From Ranitomeya imitator (taxonomy: Eukaryota): a DNA stretch of 64,000 nt. The notes beneath the pieces are model-generated. The model had not been told where the DNA came from. It saw only the letters and a program-made list of their open reading frames with translations, and did not search any database. The translations under genes and the position numbers were made by a program. The stretch covers positions 182,404,001 through 182,468,000 of the forward strand of contig NC_091289.1 in assembly GCF_032444005.1 (NCBI RefSeq), given 5' to 3'. Shown here in pieces: positions 51,984 to 63,499 of this stretch. Each line of letters begins with the position of its first letter. Position 1 is the first letter of the stretch.

Positions 51984-53066
51984 CCTCAATAATGGTGTCC
52001 ATACACGTGAGGTGGCCTCAATGTGTCCATACACGTGAGGTGGCCTCAATAATGGGGTCCATACACGTGAGGTGGCCTCAATAATGGTGTCCATACACGT
52101 GAGGTGGCCTCAATAATGGTGTCCATACACGTGAGGTGGCCTCAATAATGGTGTCCATACACGTGAGGTGGCCTCAATAATGGTGTCCATACACGTGAGG
52201 TGGCCTCAATAATGGTGTCCATACACGTGAGGTGGCCTCAATAATGGTGTCCATACATGTGAGGTGGCCTCAATAATGGTGTCCATACACGTGAGGTGGC
52301 CTCAATGTGTCCATACATGTGAGGTGGCCTCAATAATGGTGTCCATACACGTGAGGTGGCCTCAATGTGTCCATACACGTGAGGTGGCCTCAATGTGTCC
52401 ATACACGTGAGGTGGCCTCAATGTGTCCATACACGTGAGGTGGCCTCAATGTGTCCATACACGTGAGGTGGCCTCAATGTGTCCATACACGTGAGGTGGC
52501 CTCAATGTGTCCACACACGTGAGGTGGCCTCAATAATGGTGTCCACACACGTGAGGTGGCCTCAATAATGGTGTCCACACACGTGAGGTGGCCTCAATAA
52601 TGGTGTCCACACACGTGAGGTGGCCTCAATAATGGTGTCCACACACGTGAGGTGGCCTCAATAATGGTGTCCACACACGTGAGGTGGCCTCAATAATGGT
52701 GTCCACACACGTGAGGTGGCCTCAATAATGGTGTCCACACACGTGAGGTGGCCTCAATAATGGTGTCCACACACGTGAGGTGGCCTCAATAATGGTGTCC
52801 ACACACGTGAGGTGGCCTCAATAATGGTGTCCACACACGTGAGGTGGCCTCAATAATGGTGTCCACACACGTGAGGTGGCCTCAATAATGGTTTCCACAC
52901 ACGTGAGGTGGCCTCAATAATGGTGTCCACACACGTGAGGTGGCCTCAATAATGGTGTCCACACACGTGAGGTGGCCTCAATAATGGTGTCCACACACGT
53001 GACGTGGCCTCAATAATGGTGTCCACACACGTGACGTGGCCTCAATAAGGTGTCCATACACGTGAG
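51984..53066. repeat. 32/28-bp minisatellite with a CACGTG E-box per unit, in an ELOVL1 intron
   Basis: Unit CCTCAATAATGGTGTCCA(T/C)ACACGTGAGGTGG; 35 units counted. Confidence 0.95.
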
Positions 53067-54263
53067 ACGACTGATCTCTCCTGACTCTCCCATACATAGG
53101 AACACTTGGCCAAGGGTTCGCGTTCTCACATGTCTGCTCCCTCCTGACTTCACTGTGCCTGACTTATCTTCTCCAAGAAGAAAAGGATTGGGAGACTGCC
53201 ATAAATATCAGATGGTCGGCCGATCACACTGAAAAACATTAGGTCCGCCCTATATTATGTATGGGGGTCTGTAAATCCCAGCATACACATTAGATGGATG
53301 GCTCTCCCATACACATGAGTGTTTGTGTTCTCTTTGAGAGAGCTGCCAATAGACCTGTCTGGCCACTGCTTGTATCCGGGAGGACAAAGCAATCGTCAGT
53401 CCAAAATCAGACCTGCTGGATTAACATTTCCCACTACGTAAAATTTTCCTGTCCCCCATTCAGATTAGGCTGTCAGCTGAACCTGTTGATGTTGGCGGGT
53501 TCGGCTAACATTAGTCTAACGTGTATGAAGGACTTTAAGCAACTTTCCTGTTCAACTTTATATGGCGGAAGACAGAAGTACATGCAGAATATATAGTGTC
53601 TTTTTTTTTTGGGGGGGGGGGGGGGTCATGGAGGAGGGAGTGGGCATATCTGTGACTTCAAATGACACTAACGCTGCAACGGAAAAATAGTGCACCCAGG
53701 CCCTGATTCAGAAGTATATGCTACTTTTTTACGCCAGTCTGGCAAGCTTAGACAAAGTGGGTAGAGCTGAACGGGGCATGACTAAGTCTACCAGTTAAAT
53801 TCCTCATAAATTGCATCACAAAAGTGGAGGAAATTACGCAAGGAACATATACATTAGACCCTGGTTGGAGTAACACTTCTGGTTGGTAGCACGCCAGCTG
53901 TAAGATGTGCAGAATTCATTAAGAGGAGAGCAGCTCATCATGACGTTTTCCTGTCTTAATCCAGCACATCTTTCATTAAGATTAGAGTTCAAAACGCTGG
54001 TCTTAATGAATTGGGGCCCAAGTATGTCGGCTATACATGCCTCATTATAGTACATTCCTCTTTATAGTCACATTTTCATTGTGGAATTAAAGATTGTTTT
54101 AAACTGAAGACTTGAATAATCTGAGCCGGACCAGTTACTATCGACTCGTTGCCTGACAGCCCCAATGAAATGGCAGTAATCGTTAGGGGCAGACTGTTAG
54201 GTAAGACTGCCGGCATCCAATGATGTGAGATTCATTTAATCTTCTTTTTTTTCTTCTCCTTAG

Positions 54264-54320
54264 ATGGTCCGGGTGGCATGGCTCTTTCTTTTCTCCAAGT
54301 TTATTGAACTGCTTGATACG
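54264..54320 (+). CDS. ELOVL1: ELOVL1 coding exon 4
   Basis: ccttag|ATG...ACG|gtaagt; MVRVAWLFLFSKFIELLDT. Confidence 0.97.
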
Positions 54321-54439
54321 GTAAGTACCGCAGTACATCAGATACAAAATGTGTCCTACTAGAGAGAGATGAGATGCCGTTTGTTCCTTGTTATAAAAGT
54401 AGGAGGACATGACTAAAATAATAGCAGCCTGTCTGGGCA

Positions 54440-54715
54440 TGGGGCGAGTGGTTGGGGCGGGCTGTGGGAGCGCAGGGGCGGGGCGGGCTGTGAGCGTGGG
54501 GGCGGGCTGTGTGAGCGCAGGGGAGGGGCGGGCTGTGTGAGCGCAGGGGCGGGCTGTGTGCGCAGGGGCGGGGTGGGCTGTGTGAGCGTAGGGGCGGGCT
54601 TTGTGAGCGCAGGGGCGGGCTGGGCTGTGGGAGCGCAGGGGTGGTCTGTGGGAGCGCAGGGGTGGTCTGTGGGAGCGCAGGGGTGGTCTGTGGGAGCGCA
54701 GGGGTGGGGCAGGGA
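54440..54715. repeat. Imperfect G-rich repeat, about 21-bp unit (GGGGCGGGCTGTGTGAGCGCA)
   Basis: Direct reading; intronic. Confidence 0.8.
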
Positions 54716-55168
54716 TGGCCACAGATTGCGGATCCCTGAGCTAGGAATATTAATGATGGGTTTTGTGGTTGTACCGCAGGTTGTAGAACTATAATAGATA
54801 TTTGACTGATGTTAGTCGGATACTTTCTAGGTCCAGGACAGGTATTTTTCTCTGGTCCATCACTCATGTCTTAACCTGATAGAGAGAGATCTGCTCCTCA
54901 CATATTGTCCTTTACAGGGAGGAATTGGGTTATGTAGAAATTTGATGGTGGATTCCTAGACTGCAGATTTTGGTTCAGAAACTTGTTAGTGAAAATTTAT
55001 TACATTTATGTGGGGGATCTGTTTAGATCAATGGCAGAAATTTTTAAGAATTATCTGCATCAAATCCGCATCTTGTGAAATTAGCTCTGGCCACTGCAGA
55101 CATTGGGTTTTTTTTTGTTCTTGGCGCCACATTGATTACTTTGTGCCTCTTGCCTCCTTGTGCCGCAG

Positions 55169-55274
55169 GTTTTCTTTGTTGTGAGGAAGAAGAACAGTCA
55201 GATCACATTCCTGCACATCTTCCATCACTCCGTCCTGCCCTGCAGCTGGTGGTGGGGGGTAAAGTTCGGTCCAG
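55169..55274 (+). CDS. ELOVL1: ELOVL1 coding exon 5 (histidine box)
   Basis: ccgcag|GTT...CCA G|gtaagg; [35 protein letters not shown]. Confidence 0.97.
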
Positions 55275-55347
55275 GTAAGGACTCCAGAAGTTCATCTTGA
55301 CTTTGGGTCCATCTTTGGTGTCTTTTGACTGATCCCTTTTTCACCAG

Positions 55348-55484
55348 GTGGTATGGGATCTTTCCATGCCATGATCAACTCCCTGGTCCACGTCATCATG
55401 TATTTCTACTATGGGCTGTCTGCTGCCGGACCGCGCTTCCAGAAGTTCCTGTGGTGGAAGAAACACATGACGGCCATTCAGCTG
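55348..55484 (+). CDS. ELOVL1: ELOVL1 coding exon 6
   Basis: caccag|GT GGT ATG...CTG|gtaagg; [45 protein letters not shown]. Confidence 0.97.
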
Positions 55485-55579
55485 GTAAGGGCATTGACAT
55501 TTAAGATTTACGTTGTGGTTATAGCATCCATCATATACTCAGAATCGTACAAGTCACCCGCTTCTGTCCTGTCTCCCAG

Positions 55580-55834
55580 CTCCAGTTCGTTTTGGTCTCC
55601 ATCCACATCACTCAGTATTACTTCATGTCCTCCTGCGACTACCAGTTCCCCATCTTCATCCACCTCATCTGGATCTACGGCACCGTCTTCTTCATCCTGT
55701 TCTCTAATTTCTGGTACCAGGCCTACACCAAAGGACGACGTCTCCCCAAAGGCAGCAGCAGCGGCAGCATCTCCTCCAACGGAGCCGTGCACCACAACGG
55801 CAAGTCTAAGAATGGCAAAGCCAAGGAAAACTAA
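55580..55834 (+). CDS. ELOVL1: ELOVL1 coding exon 7
   Basis: tcccag|CTC CAG TTC...AAC TAA; [15 protein letters not shown]...YTKGRRLPK...GKAKEN*. Confidence 0.97.
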   Translation, partial: LQFVLVSIHITQYYFMSSCDYQFPIFIHLIWIYGTVFFILFSNFWYQAYTKGRRLPKGSSSGSISSNGAVHHNGKSKNGKAKEN

Positions 55835-56957
55835 ACCTCCTCCACAAGACCGACTTCTGAGTTCTCCCGAAACCTGTTCCAGGTGGAAATATGGGCAGAT
55901 GATATCTCCATTATTTTTTTTTTTTCTAATTATTTTTCTTAAACCGATTAAACCCAGCTTTTTGATGGCCAGTATAAACTGCCAAACTGGTTTCCAACTT
56001 CATCTGGGGGCTTACACCAGCCAAAAAAAAAAACAAAGTGCCTAAACAGACTGTATGAAGTGAGTGTGTCTGACTCCCTCCATCCACCCCATCATCCAGC
56101 GTCTCGGCGAGCTCCCTGTCCTCCAGCATCCAGCTGCTCTCCGGAGAGAGGGTATAAAAACAAAAAAAAAAGTCCGGCTCGTTCCAAAAATCCCATGTCT
56201 TTCTTTACTCTGTACTGTAGTCCCGCGACGATCTCCAAGAATCTGGATTCCTTTGCATCACATTCCAATTAATCGCCTCACTAGGGGGTGCAGGTTGGGG
56301 GGAGGCAGCTCCTTAACTCCAGTCTACCAACGTCACCCCCCTATATATATATTTTTTTTATTTTATTTTTATTTTTGCACTGGGTTTCACTGTTCACAGA
56401 CCTCTGTACCCAGCTCGCTAAAGGTGCAGGAATCCTGAAATACTTGAATATCGGGACGTTTTAGCTTTCTAAGTCTTTGAAGGAGATGACAGTATTTGTG
56501 TTTTTTTTTTTTGTACATTTTTAGGCTGAATTGATATTAATTTCCCTGATTTGAAGGAGGAAGGGATGTTATCTGCTCTTTCACTCGCCTAGCTCACACT
56601 CTATACTCCTTAATTCACCCCTATGTCCCGTCCATACTGTTCTATCCCTACGCATTTCACGGATTTCTAGGTATATATACATAGTAATACTGTTCTCTTC
56701 CTCGGGAAGGGGGGGGAAAGGGGGGCTGCTTGCAACCAGCACACGCCCTTTAGGAGCTGGTTCACTATAATCACTTTTGTATATTAAGAAAAATTCTGCA
56801 GGCCCACCCTATAGAAATTAGAAGGGGGGGAGGACTAGCGCCCTATTGAACATGTGATGCTGGCTGCCTGGGCAGGAGAGGCTGCGCCGGGCTGGGACCA
56901 CCTTATAACTTATCCGCACGTCTGCCAGAATATTTATCAGTTTTGTGTAATGCTATT

Positions 56958-56963
56958 AATAAA
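56958..56963 (+). terminator. Candidate ELOVL1 polyadenylation signal
   Basis: AATAAA about 1.1 kb after the stop, at the end of an AU-rich 3' UTR-like stretch. Confidence 0.55.
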
Positions 56964-59900
56964 AGACTTATTGCACATTGTTTAATTCCAAAGCTAAAGC
57001 TCTTGTAGATAATACTGTATATGTGGTGGAGCCTCTCAGGCGGTTATATACTATGCAGAGAAAGAGGCAAATTTTTTTGTTTGTTTTTTTGACCCTTGGA
57101 TGAATGATAGCTCTCTGACTAAATTTATACAACCTCCATGGTGCCAGAGCAGAAAAGTGCATGCAAAGCCTTAAAAGAAAAGCAGTAACAAAAAACAAAA
57201 CAAATGCTTGATACATATATGAACTCGTATGGTTCCGGGGTTATAGGAGAATGGACTGTAACCTGCAGTTTTCTGGCTGTCGTAACCTGCAGGGAGTTGT
57301 AATTTCAGAGTTGGGGAGCCGCAGATGGCAGACCATTCATCTAGATCCTGTATACCGGATTGATTGGCTCAATTCTGTGGGTGCAGATGGCCAATGCACT
57401 TTTTTTTTTTTTTTTTTTTAAGCGGGGGTAGCATGGCCGTAGCAGAGCCGGTAAGCCGGGGACTTCCTGTTGGCTGTGGTGTGGCCACGGCTTCTTGCAC
57501 TGATCGTATCTCTCCCGCAGTAAGGAAAAATGTCCCATCCTGTATATACCCTTCTCACCTTTTGAGAGGTAACAAAATAAAGTTTTTTTTTCCTCTTCCT
57601 GAGACTGGTATATTTGTCTTTGAAATATTTTATGTACAACTTTTAAGAAAAAAAATTAGCAAGTTTAAATTTCAATTGCTGCATGATGCTGGGAAGGAAA
57701 TAGGGAGATTTCTCCTTCGCCTCATTTGGGGACACAGCCCGTGGGTGTATTCTGCTGGCACTATGTGATGCAAAGTTCTCTCCTCCCCTGCAGTATACTC
57801 CCTCCTGCTGGCTCTCCGCTAACCAGTTCTTGCTTAGTGTCCGTTGGAGGCACACGGACAGGTCTGCTATTCAGTCCCAAAACGCTTTATTTTATTTTTA
57901 CGTTTTTGATTTAACTTGTTACAACGAAGGGGCGACTGATCCTTTCAAGGTTCCGATCTCCCTGAACCATCAACAGGTGAGAACGGAGAGTGTCGCCTCT
58001 CCGTATCCTCTCCTGCGACGTGCCACGCCTGAGCTGAATCTTAGAGGGGCGACGGGTCCCTTCAAGGGCACCGATCTCCCCACACCAGCAGCAGGCGACC
58101 ACATGGAGTGTCGCCTCCATGTATCCTCTTCTGCAGCCAGGCCTAATGCCAGACAACTGACCCTGTCCACCTGGGGGCTGAACTCCGTGGATGTACAGGG
58201 GCCCCTCTCTATGGCATCCGAGCAGCCCCCACTGTCCCACCACTGTGAAAGCGGATGGCACAAGGAGGCGGACGGTTCCTCTCTAACAAAGGGACGATGG
58301 ATTGAGGTTTATCCCTGCACCGTCCACGCTGCAATACCTGACCTGCAGCAGAACAGTAGAGTGCATGCGTTTTCATCGGTGCTGAAACCCAGTCATCCGT
58401 GGCAGCTCCATGTCGGGACGCGCACCGATGGTGAGTGGATCCAGTCAGTGATAGGCCTCTGCAGTGGGATATTCACACGCTGACAGGCAGCCTCCTCTTC
58501 CCTGTGGCCCACCTCCCTGAGGTAACGCTCCGGCCGGCTGCAAAAATTTAGCCCCCGGCTTCGACCTATTCATGGAAGTCACAGGGGCGATGGTTTTGCA
58601 TTGAAGGGGCACATGCTACCGGGTAAGAAAGTACTGCTCTCTCCCTCCCCGCATCTTCCTCCTGTGCCTGTACTTAAAGGCACACGACCAGTATTCCCTA
58701 GTCTTAAAGGCACTTGACCAGTCCAAAACCGGTCACCCTAAATGAGCTCAGCAGCCCTCCGCTGCTGACCCCAGCTTATCCCAGAGTACCTAGTTCCCTG
58801 AGTGGGCTTTGTCACTGCCGCAATCCATGGCTTCTCTGACCAAGAGATTGAATCCCTCCGTGAACCCTCTGTGGCTCGAAATGCTCGCAGGACCGACATA
58901 GATGGTCCCTCTCCTTCATGCGAGCCGTCGGCTAGCCGGTGCCGCAAGTATTCTAGAAACATACAGGCTCTAGAAGACGGAAGTTTCATTTCCTGATCCC
59001 TCACCAATGATATTGCCTTGGTTCTGGACTCACAAGACCTTCAGAAAAGAATGGATTTGCCTATTTATATCAACCAATCTCTGTAGATTAACGAGGACTT
59101 TGGTTCTACTCTAGATCACGCAGTGTCCCTCACAGCCAATATGCAAACACGTGGGATGTCCCCCTTCACTTATAGCCCCCTAGGACGCCATGCCTGGTCT
59201 GATTCTTAGGGGTGACGGGTCTTTTTAAAGGGCACCGATCTCTCCGCACCATCAATAGACAAGCACACAATGTCGCCTGCATGTATCCTCTTCTGCAGCC
59301 AGGCCTAATGCCTGACAATCAGCCCTGTTCACCCGGTGACCCGAACTCTGTGGATGTACAGAGGCTCCCTTTTTGGCGTCCAAACATCCCTCTCTGCATC
59401 ACCACTGTTTAGCAGATGATGCAAGAAGGCGGACGATCCCTCTCCACTTCCCTGTTAAGAGGATGGTGGATTAAGGGTTCATCATTTTAACTCTGCACCG
59501 TCAAAAGAGAGCGGCGATTGCAAGACGGCTTTCCCTGACCTTCCGGATGCAGCAGCGCATTCTGCCACTTGGCAAATTAACCGGGTAGAATCTCCTGTGG
59601 TATACCTTCCAGTATTTCTGCCCGATGGGTCGTCAATTAAAAATACAACAGACTGTCAGATAGCAAATCTGGTTCATTCCGTCTTGCGGCCTCGGGTTCA
59701 GCGCTCTATCCTTCCTTAGCCGCCGCATGGGTTGCTACAAAAATGGTCTCCTGGTCGGAGACGTTAACTTCCTTGATTCACAACAGTAACCTTTTCCCGA
59801 AGACAGTACAGCTGGTCAATCAAATTTCTTGAGCAAGGAGACTGGCTGCTTCACGCCTCTCGGATGCGGCTACTTGCGCAGCGCTGTCAGCAAATGCCAT

Positions 59901-60219
59901 TACACGCAGAAGGACTTTATAGTTGAGAAAATGGAAGCATACTCTGCATTCAAAAAGCCTCTGACATCACTCCCTTACCAGAGTGATCGGTTATTCGGTG
60001 AGAAGTTGGAAGCGTTCCCCATGCAGGAACAAAGGATCACATGTTTCCTATAGACCCAACCAGCAGTGGATGAGTTGACCAGGACGGTCTAGATCTAAGG
60101 GATCTTGGTTCCAAAAAGGCGACTGAAAAGTAAGACCGATCCTGGATATCAAACTTCTACCAAGCTTGACAAGGTCCCCCTTCTTCGGATGGAGTTCCTC
60201 CGCTCAGCCACTACTTCAA

Positions 60220-61300
60220 TGGAAAAAGGTTGAGTTTCTGGCATCCACCGACATTCGGGATGCTTACCTTCACATTCTTATTTTTCCCTCTTCAAAAATT
60301 CCTTTGCCTTTCCATTCGCGAACAGCATTTTGAAATCACGACCTTGTCCTTCGGCCTTGCTACTGCACTCAGAGTGTTTGCGGGGGTTATGGCGGATGTC
60401 ATGTTCCTCTTGCACCCTAGAGGCATGGTCGTCCTGCCCTATCTGGTCGGCTTTTTAGCCACTCTTCCAGGACTGCGTTGTCTATATCGCTTGCGATACC
60501 CCTTCTCACCTGGGCTGGCAGCTAATCTTAGACAATTTTTTCCTCATTTCCAGCCCAGCAGATATCCTTTTTGCGGATGATCCTGGTCACTTCCAGAAGG
60601 TTGGTAATTTTCTCTTGAGACAAGGCCGTGGCCCTTCAACAGGGAGCTCATGCACAGGTTCACTCATCCCTTCATCCCATTTGATTTGCTAGGAGGGGGT
60701 TTCCGAGGGAAAATGGTGATGACAATGGAAGCGGTTTCCTTCGCTCCTCTCGTTTTCTGCAGGTCAAACAGGCTTTCAGTGGGTAGTCTCTGAGCTTCTT
60801 CCTCATCTGGGGGTGGGGGGGGGGGGGAGATCCATTCAATAGTTATTAGTGACTACTGATGTCAGTCCTCTTCTCCTGATCATTGTTCTGGGGATCCGAA
60901 CGGTATGGCTAATTCTACAGCAGGTTCGCTGCCTTCTGGCGGGTCACCCCATATGAATTCAATCGGACAATGCCATGGCTGTGCCATACGTCAATCATCT
61001 GGCAGGTACCCACTGTCAGGCGTCATGGTCGAGGTACCTCACATTCTCTGATGGGCCAAGATCTATCATTCAGGTGATCTCGGCACTACACATCCCAGGA
61101 GTAAAACTCTGGACTGCAGATGCTGTCAGGGTCCCGCCTCAAGTGAGTGGGAAATTCAACCGGAAGTCTTCCATCAGATCTGCCTTCTCTGGAGCACGCC
61201 AGATGTAGGTCGGATGGCATCCAGACTGAACGCCAATGTACTCTAGTTCATGGTTCGGCCTTGAGATCCAAAAGCCATCACAGTGCATGCTCTGGTTCTT
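60220..61300 (+). pseudogene. DIRS reverse transcriptase / RNase H remnant
   Basis: FLASTDIRDAYLHI, LSFGLATALRVF, VLPYLVG (YLDD destroyed), LVTTDVS, IQSDNAMAVPYVNHLAG; frameshifted. Confidence 0.85.
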
Positions 61301-61339
61301 CATGGTACCAGTTTCAATAACCCCTCTTCCACTACTTCT

Positions 61340-63345
61340 GTGAGCCTTTCGGAAGCAGGAAGGGCCCCAGTGATCCTGGGAGATCCGCACTGACCACGTC
61401 AGGTTTTTTTTTTTTTTTTCCTTTGCAGAACTAGTATTTTTCTGTCTTATTGCAGCAATACTGCAAGTAAGGACTTCCTCGCAGGGAGTTTTCACATGTG
61501 GTTCTTACCTATTGCATACCGTTAGATCTTTGGGACCTTAATGGTCCTGGGAGTCTTACAGTACACTCCTTTCTGGACAGACTTTACCTCAGGGAAGGTC
61601 GCCTTTTTTTCTCTGCGATCTCGTCATCCTGACGAATCTTCGGAGCTTGCCGCTCTGTTCTTATAGACTTTTTTTTCTCTTATTACCTTCAAGGCAAGGT
61701 TGTCTACAGGCCATCCCCTTCCCTTGTTACCAAGGTGGTATTGTATTCCCACTGTTATGAGGGCATCGTTCTTCCCTCATCTCTTTCGGCACCAGTCCAC
61801 AAAACGGAATGGGTTCCCCATATTCTGGACGAAGTGAGTGATCTGAGTAGGTACATCTCGAGGATGGCGTCCTTCCAAAGGTTGGATGCTTTATTTGGGC
61901 TTCCTGACGGATACAGGAAGGGTATAGCCGTTTCATCGGCCAGGTTAGCCTGGTGGATTCGTTACACCATCCAGGAATCCTTCCGTGTTAGATGTCAGCC
62001 TATCTTGGGTTCTAGGCACCAGGCATCGGCAAATCACAGCAAGAAAGGGGAGAAGCCAGTGCTGCCTATGGTCAGAACGCAATACATAAAGTGCAAATGC
62101 ACATATTGATTTCTAACTGTATTTAAAATGAGACATATAGCAAACGATTGATCAATTCTTTGAACTACCCCGCCACTTCACGGCAATCTCATAATGGGGC
62201 AGTCCTACTCTACGTTTTTTTATATTTGCTGTGCCATAAAGGCCTCCTAAATAAATTAAAAGCAAGACCACATTAAATGCAAACTGTACCTGAAGCATTT
62301 CTGAATCACTCCCATGGCGTCAGAGGGGCAGGTAAGGATAAAAGTCGACCAGGTCCAGACATAGACCTTTCAGGTCTAACCTCCACACTGCCCATCCAGC
62401 ACCACAGATAAAGGGTGAGACAGGCTGAGACACAGGTGCATAATTAAACAGAGCGCAGGGCAGGGCTGCTGTATGTGTGTACAGCAGCCTATCAATCACA
62501 GGATACACAGAAAGAATGACGCACGTGACCGCACAGCGAATATAAAAAACGTAGAGTAGGACTGCCCCATTATGAGATTGCCGTGAAGTGGCGGGGTAGT
62601 TCAAAGAATTGATCAATCGTTTGCTAAATGTCTCATTTTAAATACAGTTAGAAATCAATATGTGCATGTGCACTTTGCTGGCTTCTCCCCTTTCTATTCA
62701 ATATTGGTCCATGGCTGACCACCACTGTAGCCATGCGTGCCCAGTCACGTGCGCCATTCTTTGTGTTTCCTGTGATTGATAGGCTGCTGTACACACAGCA
62801 GCCCTGCGCTGTTTAATTATGCACCTGTGTCTCAGCCTATCTCACCCTTTATCTGTGGTGCTGGTCGGGCAGTGTGGAGGTTAGACCTGAAATGTCTGTC
62901 TGGACCTGGTCGACCTTTATCCTTACCTGCCCCTCGGACGCCATGGGAGTGATTCAGAAATGTTCCAGGTACAGTCTGCATTTAATGTGGTCTTCCTTTT
63001 ATTTTACTTAGGAGGCCTTTATGGCACAGCGAATATAAAAAAAGTAGAGTAGGACTGCCCCATTATGAGATTGCCGTGAAGTGGTGGGGTAGCTCAAAGA
63101 ATTGATCAATTGTTTGCTAAATGTCTCATTTTAAATACAGTTAGAAATTAATATGTGCACTTTATGTATTGCGTTCTGACCATAGGCAGCGCTGGCTTCT
63201 CCCCTTTCTTGCATCAGCAAATCACGGCTGCAGGCTTGCGGGTTCGTTCAGTCTGCATGCATTCTTGAAGCACTATAATTCCCACACTTCCACAGATGTG
63301 AGTCTGGGCAGGCGGACTCTGCAGGCCACGGTGGCGCACTTGTAA
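61340..63345 (+). pseudogene. DIRS tyrosine recombinase remnant, split by an insertion
   Basis: ...LSRYISRMASFQRLDALF...KGIAVSSARLAWWIRYTIQESFRV...RHQASANH | GCRLAGSFSLHAFLKHYNSH...HL*; the HxxR segment is missing before the insertion. Start approximate. Confidence 0.8.
62038..63210. mobile_element. 1.17-kb inverted-plus-tandem insertion with 15-bp TSD inside the DIRS recombinase
   Basis: TSD GCATC(G/A)GCAAATCAC at 62023-62037 and 63211-63225; structure X-Y / X'-spacer-Y'-X'. Confidence 0.8.
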
Positions 63346-63408
63346 GTAGCAGTTACACAGGGCCTGATCTGATGTTGTCCCCACCCAGTGACTGCTTTGG
63401 GACATGGT

Positions 63409-63499
63409 CTGTGTCCCCCAATGAGGCGAAGGAGAAATAGGGATTTTTGTGTACTCACTGTAAAATCCTTTTCTCCGAGCCATTCGTTAGGGAACACAG
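63409..63499. repeat. DIRS internal complementary region (ICR)
   Basis: First part is the reverse complement of the element 5' end (ATTTCTCCTTCGCCTCATT...GGACACAG); second part is the reverse complement of the 3' end (GGATTTTAC...TACACAAAAATCCCT). Confidence 0.9.

Larger units (their letters stand above)
49986..55834 (+). other. ELOVL1: ELOVL1 coding span (very-long-chain fatty acid elongase 1), 7 coding exons, 882 nt, 293 aa
   Basis: In-frame GT-AG assembly; KFIELLDT, HIFHH and HVIMYFYY motifs; C-terminal KAKEN (KxKxx); position downstream of MED8 as in mammals favours ELOVL1 over ELOVL7. Confidence 0.95.

Noticed and set aside
1795-53066. CRISPR-like appearance of the regular repeat arrays
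   Set aside because: Units are contiguous with no unique spacers, there are no cas genes, and the DNA is eukaryotic.
55353-56045. 230-aa ORF overlapping the ELOVL1 3' end
   Set aside because: It is exon 6 read through a 95-nt intron into the wrong frame of exon 7; explained by the spliced model.
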